From: Acutalibacteraceae bacterium
Lineage (GTDB): Bacteria; Bacillota; Clostridia; Oscillospirales; Acutalibacteraceae
Reading direction: 5' to 3'
Assembly: GCA_045597065.1 (NCBI GenBank)
Contig: JAZODO010000160.1
Span: forward strand, 1 to 34,045
DNA: 34,045 nucleotides
The notes below the pieces were generated by a model that saw only the letters and a list, made by a program, of their open reading frames with translations, had not been told where the DNA came from and searched no databases. Every line of letters begins with the position of its first letter. Positions within the stretch are counted from its first letter, which is position 1. This document shows, piece after piece, positions 1-10,440 of this stretch. A program made the translations under genes and the position numbers.

Positions 1-109
1 CAATAAGTCGGCTATCGCTAACCCTTACCACGTCGAACATATTTGCGTCGCGCATGCCCTCGGCTATTACAAGAGGACCTGCTACCTTGGTTATAATTCC
101 GTTTGCCAT
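1..109 (-). CDS. atpA: V-type ATP synthase catalytic subunit A, N-terminal fragment (CDS continues beyond window start)
   Basis: The reverse complement of 1-109 reads MANGIITKVAGPLVIAEGMRDANMFDVVRVSDSRLI, the conserved N-terminus of V/A-type subunit A. An AAGGAG RBS lies just upstream. It follows subunit F in the canonical I-K-E-C-F-A order. Confidence 0.8.
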   Translation of the reverse strand, partial: MANGIITKVAGPLVIAEGMRDANMFDVVRVSDSRLI

Positions 110-127
110 ATTATAACTCCTTAAAGG

Positions 128-445
128 TTATTTACTAAAAATAATATCTGAACCAACGGCCTTTTCAACCGATGCTTTAAGTCTGTTTACACCGATGCCG
201 TTGTTATTTTTTACTCCCGGAAGAGGAATAATTGCAGGAAGGAACTTTTCGTCGAACTCGGCAATTTCGGTTTCGAGTTCGGCAGCGAGTTCTTCGGTTA
301 TATAAATAACACCGTATTCGCCCGCGCAAAGTTCTTTAAAGGCTGATTTAGCGTTTGCTAAATCGTCGCAAGGGAAGGTGTTGATTCCAACCGCGGCAAA
401 GCCTTTTATGCTTTCGCGGTCGCCAAAGAAAGCAATTTTAACCAT
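128..445 (-). CDS. atpF: V-type ATP synthase subunit F
   Basis: 105 aa, MVKIAFFGDRESIKGFAAVGINTF..., with typical subunit F size and N-terminal beta-strand/GF.AVG motif. Its start overlaps the subunit C stop by 8 nt, suggesting translational coupling. Confidence 0.85.
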   Translation of the reverse strand: MVKIAFFGDRESIKGFAAVGINTFPCDDLANAKSAFKELCAGEYGVIYITEELAAELETEIAEFDEKFLPAIIPLPGVKNNNGIGVNRLKASVEKAVGSDIIFSK

Positions 446-1418
446 ATAGTTCCCTCAACATTTCTCTAACTTTTTTATCGTTTTCGCCTGTTGCTATGCC
501 GCTTTTAATAATTCGGCAAACCTTAATTTCGGCAAGTTTTGCCCAAAGGTAGGCAACAAGAGGTTCGGCCCCTACTGCAACATATTTAGCGCCAAGAACT
601 ATCGACATTAGGTAGTTATCGACAAATCGTTCGAACTCGCTTGGCGAAACCTTATAGGCTTCGACCGCTTCGGCACATTTAAATGCAGTTATATTTGATA
701 AAAGGTTTAACACTTCAGGGGCGCCTTTTAGCGCCGCTTCTTTTAGGCGAGTTTTTGAAACAGGGCCGGTAGTTATTAAACAAATATCGCAAAAATCGGC
801 CGATTTGTTTGCCCTAGCTAAACGAATTGCCGCTTTAACGTTATCGTAAAAAACGGTTGCAAGTAGTAAGTCTTTTAGCATTGGGATTTTTTCTAAATTA
901 GCCTTTTCCGTTTTATAAAGGTTTGCGGCAGTATCTAAAATAGCGTCGCAAAGTTGCGAATCGCCAATTTTAAATAGGGCGTTATAAGCCTTTTCGGCCG
1001 CAGAGGCCATATAAACAGGAAGCAGATTAAACTTTTGCTCCGACACTGCTTTTATTACCGTTTCGGGAGAAACTATTGTTGGGTATAAAAGTAGGTCGTT
1101 ATAATCGGCCGAACAAAGGGTTGCCTTTAAAACGGCCTTTATGTTATGAAAATCGTTAGAGATGATAAAAGGTTCGAACACCGAAAAATCGGGCGCGATT
1201 TCTGCCGCATATTTCCAAACCTTTTGCTCTTCGGCTATAAGAAGCTCATCGATATCACTACCAGTATCGGCAAAGCCGAAGCCTTTATCTTTTAAAAAGG
1301 CAGAAAGAGCCGAAACCGAATTTAAAACGAGCATTTGCTCGATATCTTGTTTTTTAAAAAGCGCAGTTTCTTTTGCTCTTACGTTACCTACCGCAAAGGC
1401 GTAGGATTTAGTTGGCAT
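438..1418 (-). CDS. atpC: V-type ATP synthase subunit C (bacterial/archaeal C, eukaryotic d-like)
   Basis: 326-aa all-helical protein located between E and F as in Enterococcus/Clostridium V-ATPase operons. GGAGGTG RBS. Confidence 0.8.
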   Translation of the reverse strand: MPTKSYAFAVGNVRAKETALFKKQDIEQMLVLNSVSALSAFLKDKGFGFADTGSDIDELLIAEEQKVWKYAAEIAPDFSVFEPFIISNDFHNIKAVLKATLCSADYNDLLLYPTIVSPETVIKAVSEQKFNLLPVYMASAAEKAYNALFKIGDSQLCDAILDTAANLYKTEKANLEKIPMLKDLLLATVFYDNVKAAIRLARANKSADFCDICLITTGPVSKTRLKEAALKGAPEVLNLLSNITAFKCAEAVEAYKVSPSEFERFVDNYLMSIVLGAKYVAVGAEPLVAYLWAKLAEIKVCRIIKSGIATGENDKKVREMLRELYG

Positions 1419-1438
1419 TAAATCACCTCCAAGAAAAA

Positions 1439-2023
1439 TTAGTTAGAAAATAAAATTTTGTTAATTTTATCTTCGAGCTCTTCGCGTTTATCGTTTATAA
1501 CCGCCTTTAAGGTTAGGTTGTATTCGATATCGCCGTATTTTAAAATAAAGCCCGAAGCAATATCGGCCGCAGTTTCGCTAACCGATAAATTTAGGTTTTC
1601 TTTATTTAAAAGGTCTTTAAATAAAGAAACATTACGCGCGAGGTCGGCTTTTCCTAAAATAAGCGTTCCCTCTTGCGCTTTAGCGTTTTTAGCCGCAAGC
1701 GCCGCTAAAAGGGTAAAATATTCCTTATCGGGCAAAGAGATAATTTGCTCTTCGGCCAAATTTAGGGTTTTTTCAATTTCGGCATGTCTTTTAGCGAGTT
1801 TAGCGTCGCGCACGATTAGGTCGGCCGCCGACTCGGCATTATCTTTAATGCTTTTAGCGCGAAGCAAGGCATTAGAGGTAGTGGTAGCTGAATAAGACTT
1901 AACCATTTGGTTGGTTTGGGCCTTTATTTCTTCACACACTGCAGCCGCGTCGTTTAAAGTTTTTTCGGCCTGCAAGTTAGCATCATCTAATATGCCTTGC
2001 AGGATTTTTTCTTCTGCACTCAT
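1439..2023 (-). CDS. atpE: V-type ATP synthase subunit E (peripheral stalk)
   Basis: 194 aa with a long charged coiled-coil N-terminus and a globular C-terminus, positioned between K and C. Confidence 0.8.
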   Translation of the reverse strand: MSAEEKILQGILDDANLQAEKTLNDAAAVCEEIKAQTNQMVKSYSATTTSNALLRAKSIKDNAESAADLIVRDAKLAKRHAEIEKTLNLAEEQIISLPDKEYFTLLAALAAKNAKAQEGTLILGKADLARNVSLFKDLLNKENLNLSVSETAADIASGFILKYGDIEYNLTLKAVINDKREELEDKINKILFSN

Positions 2024-2036
2024 AGTAAACCGCCTA

Positions 2037-4483
<2,447 letters not shown>

Positions 4484-4518
4484 ATTATCACCGCCTTACA
4501 AATTAAGGTAACTTTAAG

Positions 4519-4830
4519 TTATTCAAAAATTATACGAATTGTTTCTTTTATGGCTGCTTCTCTTTCTTTGTCGGCTTTGGCCGAAAGTTTTTCGCCTTCT
4601 GCCCAACCTTTACGCTTACCATTTTCTTTAATTTCGGTAGCGGCAAGTTCGGCGTCGGCAATTATTTTAGCAGCGTCGGCATCTACTTGAGCGGCCGCTA
4701 AAACAGCTTGGTTTTTAGTTTCTTCTTTAGTAGCCGCAATAAGTTCTTTTGCCTTTTGGTCGGCATTTAAAATTATTTCGGCCGATTTCGCTTCGGTTTC
4801 GCGAATTTTATCTATCATACTTTTAACCAT
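4519..4830 (-). CDS. V-type ATP synthase subunit G/H-like coiled-coil stalk protein (NtpF position in E. hirae nomenclature)
   Basis: 103-aa Ala/Glu/Lys-rich predicted single long helix. It is the first gene of the ATPase block, immediately upstream of subunit I. Assignment rests on position and composition only. Confidence 0.6.
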   Translation of the reverse strand: MVKSMIDKIRETEAKSAEIILNADQKAKELIAATKEETKNQAVLAAAQVDADAAKIIADAELAATEIKENGKRKGWAEGEKLSAKADKEREAAIKETIRIIFE

Positions 4831-4843
4831 TTAAAACACCTCT

Positions 4844-6139
4844 TTAATGCTTTACTTTAGCGGCAATTATACGTTCGGCCGCAAAACCTATAAGGAAAAC
4901 TATTGTTGTTGGAAGTACCCACGCCAGACCTACGTTTGAAAGCGGGAGTTCTTTTATAAAAGATACCGAAATTCCAAAAGCCGCAAGGCCGTCGAAAACA
5001 CCAAACACAAGGGCGGTATAGGCGCCACACCTTATTGAAAGTTTCGAAAGTTTACCGTAGAAAAAGCTTAAAATTACTAAAACCAGAACGGGCGGATAAA
5101 CAACGCTTAAAATAGGAGCGGCAAAGTTTATTAGGCTTTCTACCCCAACGAGCGAAATTACCGCGCCGAAGGCACAAATTGCTAAAACGAAATAGCGGTA
5201 TTTAACCTTTTGCTTTGTAATTTCTTCTAAATATTCGGCCGCCGACGAGGTTAGGGCAACCGCGGTAGAAACACAAGCAAAACCCGCTACAACCGCAAAG
5301 AATATACTACCAACCTTACCGGGGAGCAGCGTTTCTATTATAGAAGAAAGTAGCTGAGTACGGTAAATGTGCATATCGTAATTAGAGGAGGCGGTAGCGC
5401 CAAGGTAGGTAAGGCCTAAATAAACAACCAAAAGGCCAAGCCCCGCAACTATGCCCGCGCCCGCAACAACCCTTGCCTTAGAAGAGGCGTTTTCGTGCCC
5501 TTTAGCCGAAGCGCTATTCAAAATTAACATACCGAAAACTATGGCGGCTAAAACATCCATAGATTGATACCCGGCTTCAATTCCGTTTCCGATTACGCTT
5601 TCGGTACGGGGGCCAAGTTCTATTTGGCCCATAGGGGTAATAAGCCCCATAACAATTAAAAAGAGAAGACCGAAAAATAAAATAGGGGTTAAAAACTTAC
5701 CTACTATATCGATAACGGCCGATTTATTTATACTAAGGAGCGCCACTACCGCAAAAAAGATTAGGTAGAAAACCGCCATATTAAAACGGGGTAAAAGCGG
5801 AGAAACCGAAAGTTCGAAGGTTGTAGCGGCGGTTCGGGGAATACTAATTATAGGACCTATACACATTATGATAACAAAGAACATAACGCTACCCACTTTA
5901 GAACCTAGGGGACTTAGTAGCCTTTTATGGCCCTCGGTTTTAATTTGAGAAAGAATTGCAACAACGGCAAGGCCGATATCGGCAATATAGTAGCCCAAAA
6001 AGCCGGAAAACCACTCGGTTCCCGCTTTAAAACCTAAATAGGGCGGAAATATCATATTGCCGGCGCCAAAAAACATTGAAAAAAGGGCAGCGCCGATTAC
6101 AACACTATCTAAAATAATTTTTTTATTGCTTTTGTGCAT
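4844..6139 (-). CDS. brnQ: Branched-chain amino acid:cation symporter (LIVCS family, BrnQ)
   Basis: 431-aa polytopic protein with the N-terminal FGAGNMIFPPYLG motif characteristic of BrnQ. It lies 13 nt upstream of the first V-ATPase gene with no terminator between them. Confidence 0.9.
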   Translation of the reverse strand: MHKSNKKIILDSVVIGAALFSMFFGAGNMIFPPYLGFKAGTEWFSGFLGYYIADIGLAVVAILSQIKTEGHKRLLSPLGSKVGSVMFFVIIMCIGPIISIPRTAATTFELSVSPLLPRFNMAVFYLIFFAVVALLSINKSAVIDIVGKFLTPILFFGLLFLIVMGLITPMGQIELGPRTESVIGNGIEAGYQSMDVLAAIVFGMLILNSASAKGHENASSKARVVAGAGIVAGLGLLVVYLGLTYLGATASSNYDMHIYRTQLLSSIIETLLPGKVGSIFFAVVAGFACVSTAVALTSSAAEYLEEITKQKVKYRYFVLAICAFGAVISLVGVESLINFAAPILSVVYPPVLVLVILSFFYGKLSKLSIRCGAYTALVFGVFDGLAAFGISVSFIKELPLSNVGLAWVLPTTIVFLIGFAAERIIAAKVKH

Positions 6140-6183
6140 TTAGTCCTCCAAAGATTGTTAAATAAAACACAAGCACTTAATTC

Positions 6184-6212
6184 ATTATACCATTTTTTAC
6201 TATTATAATCAA
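6184..6212 (-). promoter_or_regulatory. Sigma-A-type promoter for brnQ (and probably the V-ATPase operon)
   Basis: The minus strand reads TTGATT, a 17-nt spacer, then TATAAT, with TGg immediately upstream of the -10 (extended -10). It sits about 45 nt upstream of the brnQ ATG. Confidence 0.5.
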
Positions 6213-6260
6213 GAATATTGTTAGCGAAAAACAACCAAAATATTAAACATTGTATGAACA

Positions 6261-6291
6261 AAATCCGTCTTTTTTGTTAAAAGACGGATTT
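6261..6291 (-). terminator. Intrinsic terminator after the alanine symporter gene (works in both orientations on paper)
   Basis: Perfect 13-bp inverted repeat aaatccgtctttt/aaaagacggattt with a 5-nt loop. A U-rich tract follows on either strand. It starts 7 nt downstream of the stop at 6298. Confidence 0.75.
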
Positions 6292-6297
6292 TCGTTT

Positions 6298-7728
6298 TTA
6301 TTTCCAATAATCAGTGTCTGAAGTTATGCCAATACTCTTGGCTTTAAAGGTTGGAACCAGACCTTGTTTTCTTTGCTTTTCGTAGTCTTTAAGGGCTTTA
6401 AAGGCATATTTGCCGAGTATTAGTATTACGGGAATATTTACTAAGGTCATAAGGCCCATAGTAATATCGGCAATATTCCAAAGAAGCCCGGCTTCGAGGC
6501 CTGCTCCAAGCAGAATTACAAGCGCGGCTACTATATAGTAAACGGTAAAGAAAGCTTTACCCGGTTTTCTTTTAAAGATATGGAAAAAGCCTTTTTCTAC
6601 ATAGTAGAGGTTGCCGATAAGGGTTGTAAAGGCGAAAAGAACCATTGCAACGGTTATAAAGATAGGTCCGAATTTACCGAACACATTAGATAAGCAGGAT
6701 TGAACATAGTCGGCTCCGCTAAAATCTTTAGAAGGTTCAACACCCGAGCAAACACACATAAAAGCGGTAGCCGAGCAAACAAGTAAGGTATCGATAAATA
6801 CCGAAAGCACTTGAACAAGGCCTTGTTTTACGGGGTGAGAAACATTGGCCGAGGCCGAAGCGTTAGGAGCAGAACCTACGCCTGCTTCGTTAGAAAATAG
6901 GCCACGTTTAATGCCAAGCATTACACAAGAACCCGCAAAGCCGCCGAATATAGCCTTAAAGTCGAATGCGCCGGTAAAGATTTTTGCAAAAACCGAGGGA
7001 ATAGAGGTTATATTTAAAATCACAACCACGAGCGCAACCAAAATATAGGCAACGCCCATAACGGGAACGCAAAAACCGGTTACTTTAAGGATTCGTTTGC
7101 CGCCGCCAAAAAGACAAAAAGCAACAAGAGCGGCAACTAGGGCGCCAATAATCCAAGAGGTAACGCCCTCTTTATAAAAACTATAACCTGTAAAGGTGGA
7201 TTGTAGGTTATAAGAGGCTAGCATATTAAAGCCCACGCCGTATGTAATAATTAAAAGAACCGAAAAGAGCACCGCAAGTTTTCTTTTTTTAAGGGCGGTT
7301 TCAATATAATAAGCGGGGCCACCGTAGGCTCCGTCGGGACCTCTACGCTTATAAATTTGGGCAAGGGTACTTTCGACAAAGGCCGAAGCGCTACCGATAA
7401 TAGCGATAACCCACATCCAAAAAATAGACCCGTAACCGCCAAGACAAATAGCGGTTGCAACACCTACTATATTACCTGTTCCAACTCTGGAAGCGGTTGA
7501 AACCATTAGGGCTTGGAAAGAGGAAACCCCTTTACCATCGGTTGGTTTTTCGGTTACTGCGCGGAATTGTTCTTTAAGTAGGCGGAAAGAGACGAATTTG
7601 GTTCTAAAGGTAAAATAAAGACCTGCGGCTACTAAAAGAATTATTAAAATATAGCCATAGAGCACATCTACTGCTTGACCGCTAAAAACATTTAGTCGGT
7701 CGAAAACCCAGCTGAAAAAATCTGCCAA
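6298..7728 (-). CDS. Sodium:alanine (amino acid) symporter, AGCS family
   Basis: 476-aa polytopic protein with SSFQALMVSTASRVGTGNIVGVATAI and GLFSNEAGVGSAPNA motifs typical of alanine/glycine:cation symporters. TTG start with an AAGGATGA RBS. Confidence 0.9.
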   Translation of the reverse strand: MADFFSWVFDRLNVFSGQAVDVLYGYILIILLVAAGLYFTFRTKFVSFRLLKEQFRAVTEKPTDGKGVSSFQALMVSTASRVGTGNIVGVATAICLGGYGSIFWMWVIAIIGSASAFVESTLAQIYKRRGPDGAYGGPAYYIETALKKRKLAVLFSVLLIITYGVGFNMLASYNLQSTFTGYSFYKEGVTSWIIGALVAALVAFCLFGGGKRILKVTGFCVPVMGVAYILVALVVVILNITSIPSVFAKIFTGAFDFKAIFGGFAGSCVMLGIKRGLFSNEAGVGSAPNASASANVSHPVKQGLVQVLSVFIDTLLVCSATAFMCVCSGVEPSKDFSGADYVQSCLSNVFGKFGPIFITVAMVLFAFTTLIGNLYYVEKGFFHIFKRKPGKAFFTVYYIVAALVILLGAGLEAGLLWNIADITMGLMTLVNIPVILILGKYAFKALKDYEKQRKQGLVPTFKAKSIGITSDTDYWK

Positions 7729-7751
7729 ATTGTATCATCCTTTCGATAAAC

Positions 7752-8903
7752 TTATATCTTAGCTTTAATAAACTTTAAAATCTCGTTTTGGTCTTTTGCT
7801 AAAAGTTTTCCTTGTGTACAGTTTGGCTTTCCGCCGCCTTTACCCGAAAAAGCTCCGTTTAACTCTTTAGTAATTTCGGTTAGGTTTTCGCTTTTAGATA
7901 AGAGAAGATAATTAAAATTATTACCCTCTTCAAAAGAGAAAAGGGCTACTGTTTTAGCCGTTTCACAAAGGGTGTTCGCGATATTTCTAAGACAATTAAA
8001 ATCGGCATTTTGGGTAAAGCCAATAACCGACTCCCCTACCTTTTCGGTTTTAAGGTTTGCGGTAGCGAGTTTTTCTAAAAGCCCCTTATTTTCAAAGCGG
8101 GCAGCATTAAGGTCGGCAGATAGTTTTTCAACCGACTCGGCTATTTCTTCTCTTTTTGCAGAAAGTTGTTTCATAATACTTTTAGCAGCGTTATGAAGAT
8201 AAGTATAATCGGCAAGAGCGAGCGAACCCGCAACCATTTCGATACGAGTACCACCCTTAAAAGAGTAAAAGTTTACTATTTTAATAAGGCCAATCTCCCC
8301 CGCTCTAGCAGGATGGGGAGCGCAACAAGCACAGATGTCGAAACCTTCTACATTTATAAGGCGAACGCCCTCTTTAAGTTCTATTTTGCTACGGCAATTT
8401 ATATTTTCAAACTCTTCTACCGTTGGGGTTAGTACCGTAATTTCGGCATTTTCGAAAACGGCGCGGTTGGCTTCGAGTTCTATCTGCTCAATGTTTTCGG
8501 GGGTTAGTGTACCGCTAACATCAAACGTAACAAGCGAATCGTTCATATGAAAACCAACGTTATTAAACCCGAAAAGTTTATGAATAACGCCCGATAAAAT
8601 ATGTTCGGCACAGTGGTTTTGCATACGAGAAAAGCGAAGTGCGAAGTCAATTTTACCGACTACTTCTTCTAAAACATTCAAGGGGCTTTCCAGGGTATGA
8701 ACAACCTCTTCGCCACTTTCTTGAACATCTAAAACGGGGATGCCATTTAACACACCTTTATCGGGGGCTTGGCCGCCGCCTTCGGGAAAAAATGCAGTTT
8801 TATCGAGGATTACTAAAAACTTACCGTTTTTCTCTGTACAGGAAACTACGGTAGCAGTAAATTCTTTTATATAAGAATTTGTTTCGTAAAGTTTTTGTGT
8901 CAT
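7752..8903 (-). CDS. alaX: AlaX-L type alanyl-tRNA editing protein (Ser/Gly-tRNA(Ala) deacylase; AlaRS second additional domain plus DHHA1-like C-terminus)
   Basis: 383 aa. Zinc-site motifs HxxxH (NHCAEHILSG) and CxxxH (CACCAPHPARAGEIG) are present, plus C-terminal GKGGGKPNCTQGK resembling the DHHA1 GGG..AQG motif. Confidence 0.8.
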   Translation of the reverse strand: MTQKLYETNSYIKEFTATVVSCTEKNGKFLVILDKTAFFPEGGGQAPDKGVLNGIPVLDVQESGEEVVHTLESPLNVLEEVVGKIDFALRFSRMQNHCAEHILSGVIHKLFGFNNVGFHMNDSLVTFDVSGTLTPENIEQIELEANRAVFENAEITVLTPTVEEFENINCRSKIELKEGVRLINVEGFDICACCAPHPARAGEIGLIKIVNFYSFKGGTRIEMVAGSLALADYTYLHNAAKSIMKQLSAKREEIAESVEKLSADLNAARFENKGLLEKLATANLKTEKVGESVIGFTQNADFNCLRNIANTLCETAKTVALFSFEEGNNFNYLLLSKSENLTEITKELNGAFSGKGGGKPNCTQGKLLAKDQNEILKFIKAKI

Positions 8904-8991
8904 AAAATTGTCCTTTAAGAATTACTTGTATAGTTAAATCATTGTTAGCGGTGGGATCAAGCCCCCACCCTACGCTATAATATTTGCTTAC

Positions 8992-9022
8992 TTAAATAAA
9001 GAGGCCGAAAACGCTCGACCTC
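8992..9022 (-). terminator. Intrinsic terminator after gatB
   Basis: Minus-strand RNA forms gaggucg(agcguuuu)cggccuc, a 7-bp stem with one G-U, followed by UUUAUUUAA. It lies 11 nt downstream of the gatB stop. Confidence 0.65.
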
Positions 9023-9032
9023 TTTTTAGTTT

Positions 9033-10439
9033 TTAGTTAAGTTTTTGTTCGAGTAATGATTTAATTACGGCAGGGTCGCCAATTCCTTTTAGTTCCTTCA
9101 TACAAGAACCAAAGAGGGCCATTAGCGCTTTAACCTTACCGCCCTTATAGTCGGCAACGGCGGCAGGATTTTCGGCAATAACGCGGTCGACAACCGCTTC
9201 GATTTGGGCGGCATCTACCTTAGCATTAAGTCCCTGTTCTTCGCAATAGTTGTCAACATCTACATCATTTTCAAATACAGCGGCAAGAACCTTTTTACCC
9301 GCATTACGGGTAATTTCGCTACTATCGACAAGTTCGATAATACGGGAAAGTTTTTCGGGCGCGATAGATAAGGTTTCTAGGCCTAAATAGCGCATACGGC
9401 TCATACATTCGGTTAAAATCCAAGAAGCAACGCTCTTAGGTTCTCTGCCCATTTCTACAACCTTATCGAACATAGCGCAAAGTTTAGCATCGCTTGCCAA
9501 TACTGCGGCTTCTTTTACAGCAATACCCATATCTACGTATTTTTGGCCCTTTTCTTCGGCAGTAGCGGGCATGCCGGCCTTAATTTCGGCAAGCCATTCA
9601 TCATCGATAATAATAGGCATAAGGTTCGGGTCGGGGAAATAGCGGTAGTCGCCCGCGGTTTCTTTATTTCTCATAGGGAAGGTTCTACGCTTAACTTCGT
9701 CCCAACGGCGGGTTTCTTGAACGAGCATTTCGGTACGGCGTTCGATAGCGTCGACATGGCGAACCTTTTCAAATTCGATAGCGTCTTTAATTTCGGCGAA
9801 TGAGCTCATATTTTTAATTTCGCTTCTAACGCCTAGTTGGTCGGAACCTTCGGGGCGAACAGAGATGTTAACGTCGCAACGCATAGCGCCTTCTTCACAT
9901 TCCGAAATTCCGGCAAATTGAAGAGCGGCTTTAAGCTTTTTAAGGTAGGTTATAACCTCGTCGGAACTTCTGAAATCGGGTTTAGAAACGATTTCGATTA
10001 GAGGTACACTTGTACGGTTATAGTCTACAAGAGAGGTGTTGGTAGCGTCGTCGTGAACGAGTTTACCCGCATCTTCTTCTACGTGAATTTGCTTAATGCC
10101 TATTTTTCTTTCGCCTACTTCTACGCTGCCTTCTACGCAAACGGGGTTAAACCATTGGGTAATTTGGTAGGCGCAGGGTAGGTCGGGATAATAGTAACTT
10201 TTTTTATCGAAGGTAGTATACTGGTTAATTTTGCAGTTAAGCATTAAACCCGCTTTAACGGCGAGTTCGATAGCGTGTTTGTTAGTTACGGGAAGCATAC
10301 CTGGCATACCCGAGCAAGCAGGACAAACACAGTCGTTAGGCTCATCGGCAGCGGCATGGCCACCGCAAGAACAAAAAAGTTTTGAATCGGTAGCAAGTTC
10401 TACGTGGGTTTCCAGACCAATAACGAGTTCGTATTTCAT
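9033..10439 (-). CDS. gatB: Asp-tRNA(Asn)/Glu-tRNA(Gln) amidotransferase subunit B
   Basis: MKYELVIGLETHVEL..., DKKSYYYPDLP, IHVEEDAGK and a C-terminal YqeY-like tail are present. I place the start at the ATG at 10439, which has an AAGGAGGAAG RBS and lies 1 nt after the gatA stop. The ORF-track start at 10472 adds 11 unsupported residues. Confidence 0.9.
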   Translation of the reverse strand: MKYELVIGLETHVELATDSKLFCSCGGHAAADEPNDCVCPACSGMPGMLPVTNKHAIELAVKAGLMLNCKINQYTTFDKKSYYYPDLPCAYQITQWFNPVCVEGSVEVGERKIGIKQIHVEEDAGKLVHDDATNTSLVDYNRTSVPLIEIVSKPDFRSSDEVITYLKKLKAALQFAGISECEEGAMRCDVNISVRPEGSDQLGVRSEIKNMSSFAEIKDAIEFEKVRHVDAIERRTEMLVQETRRWDEVKRRTFPMRNKETAGDYRYFPDPNLMPIIIDDEWLAEIKAGMPATAEEKGQKYVDMGIAVKEAAVLASDAKLCAMFDKVVEMGREPKSVASWILTECMSRMRYLGLETLSIAPEKLSRIIELVDSSEITRNAGKKVLAAVFENDVDVDNYCEEQGLNAKVDAAQIEAVVDRVIAENPAAVADYKGGKVKALMALFGSCMKELKGIGDPAVIKSLLEQKLN

Positions 10440-10440
10440 A

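Noticed and set aside
1162-1895. Plus-strand ORFs (1162-1404, 1458-1895) and the many similar 60-180-aa opposite-strand ORFs in the track (for example 4122-4690, 6845-7048, 7972-8854, 9543-10479, 11734-13609, 15373-15570, 16773-17584, 19981-20421, 27816-28064, 28652-29809, 29923-30843, 32167-32397).
   Set aside because: All lie fully inside confidently assigned genes on the other strand. They lack RBSs and have Ser/Ala/Phe/Leu-rich compositions expected from antisense reading of this codon usage.
7251-7463. Same-strand out-of-frame small ORFs inside larger genes (7251-7463, 11898-12104, 12831-13130, 15204-15401, 16918-17106, 22039-22260, 24905-25111, 27729-27932).
   Set aside because: They are alternative frames within well-supported CDSs, with no independent start signals or recognisable motifs.
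8950-8969. Small GC hairpin (ggtggg...cccacc) in the alaX 5' region, considered as a riboswitch or attenuator.
   Set aside because: It is only a 6-bp stem with no flanking conserved motifs or U-tract. The roughly 100-nt leader is too short and featureless to call. I also could not identify a convincing alaX promoter.
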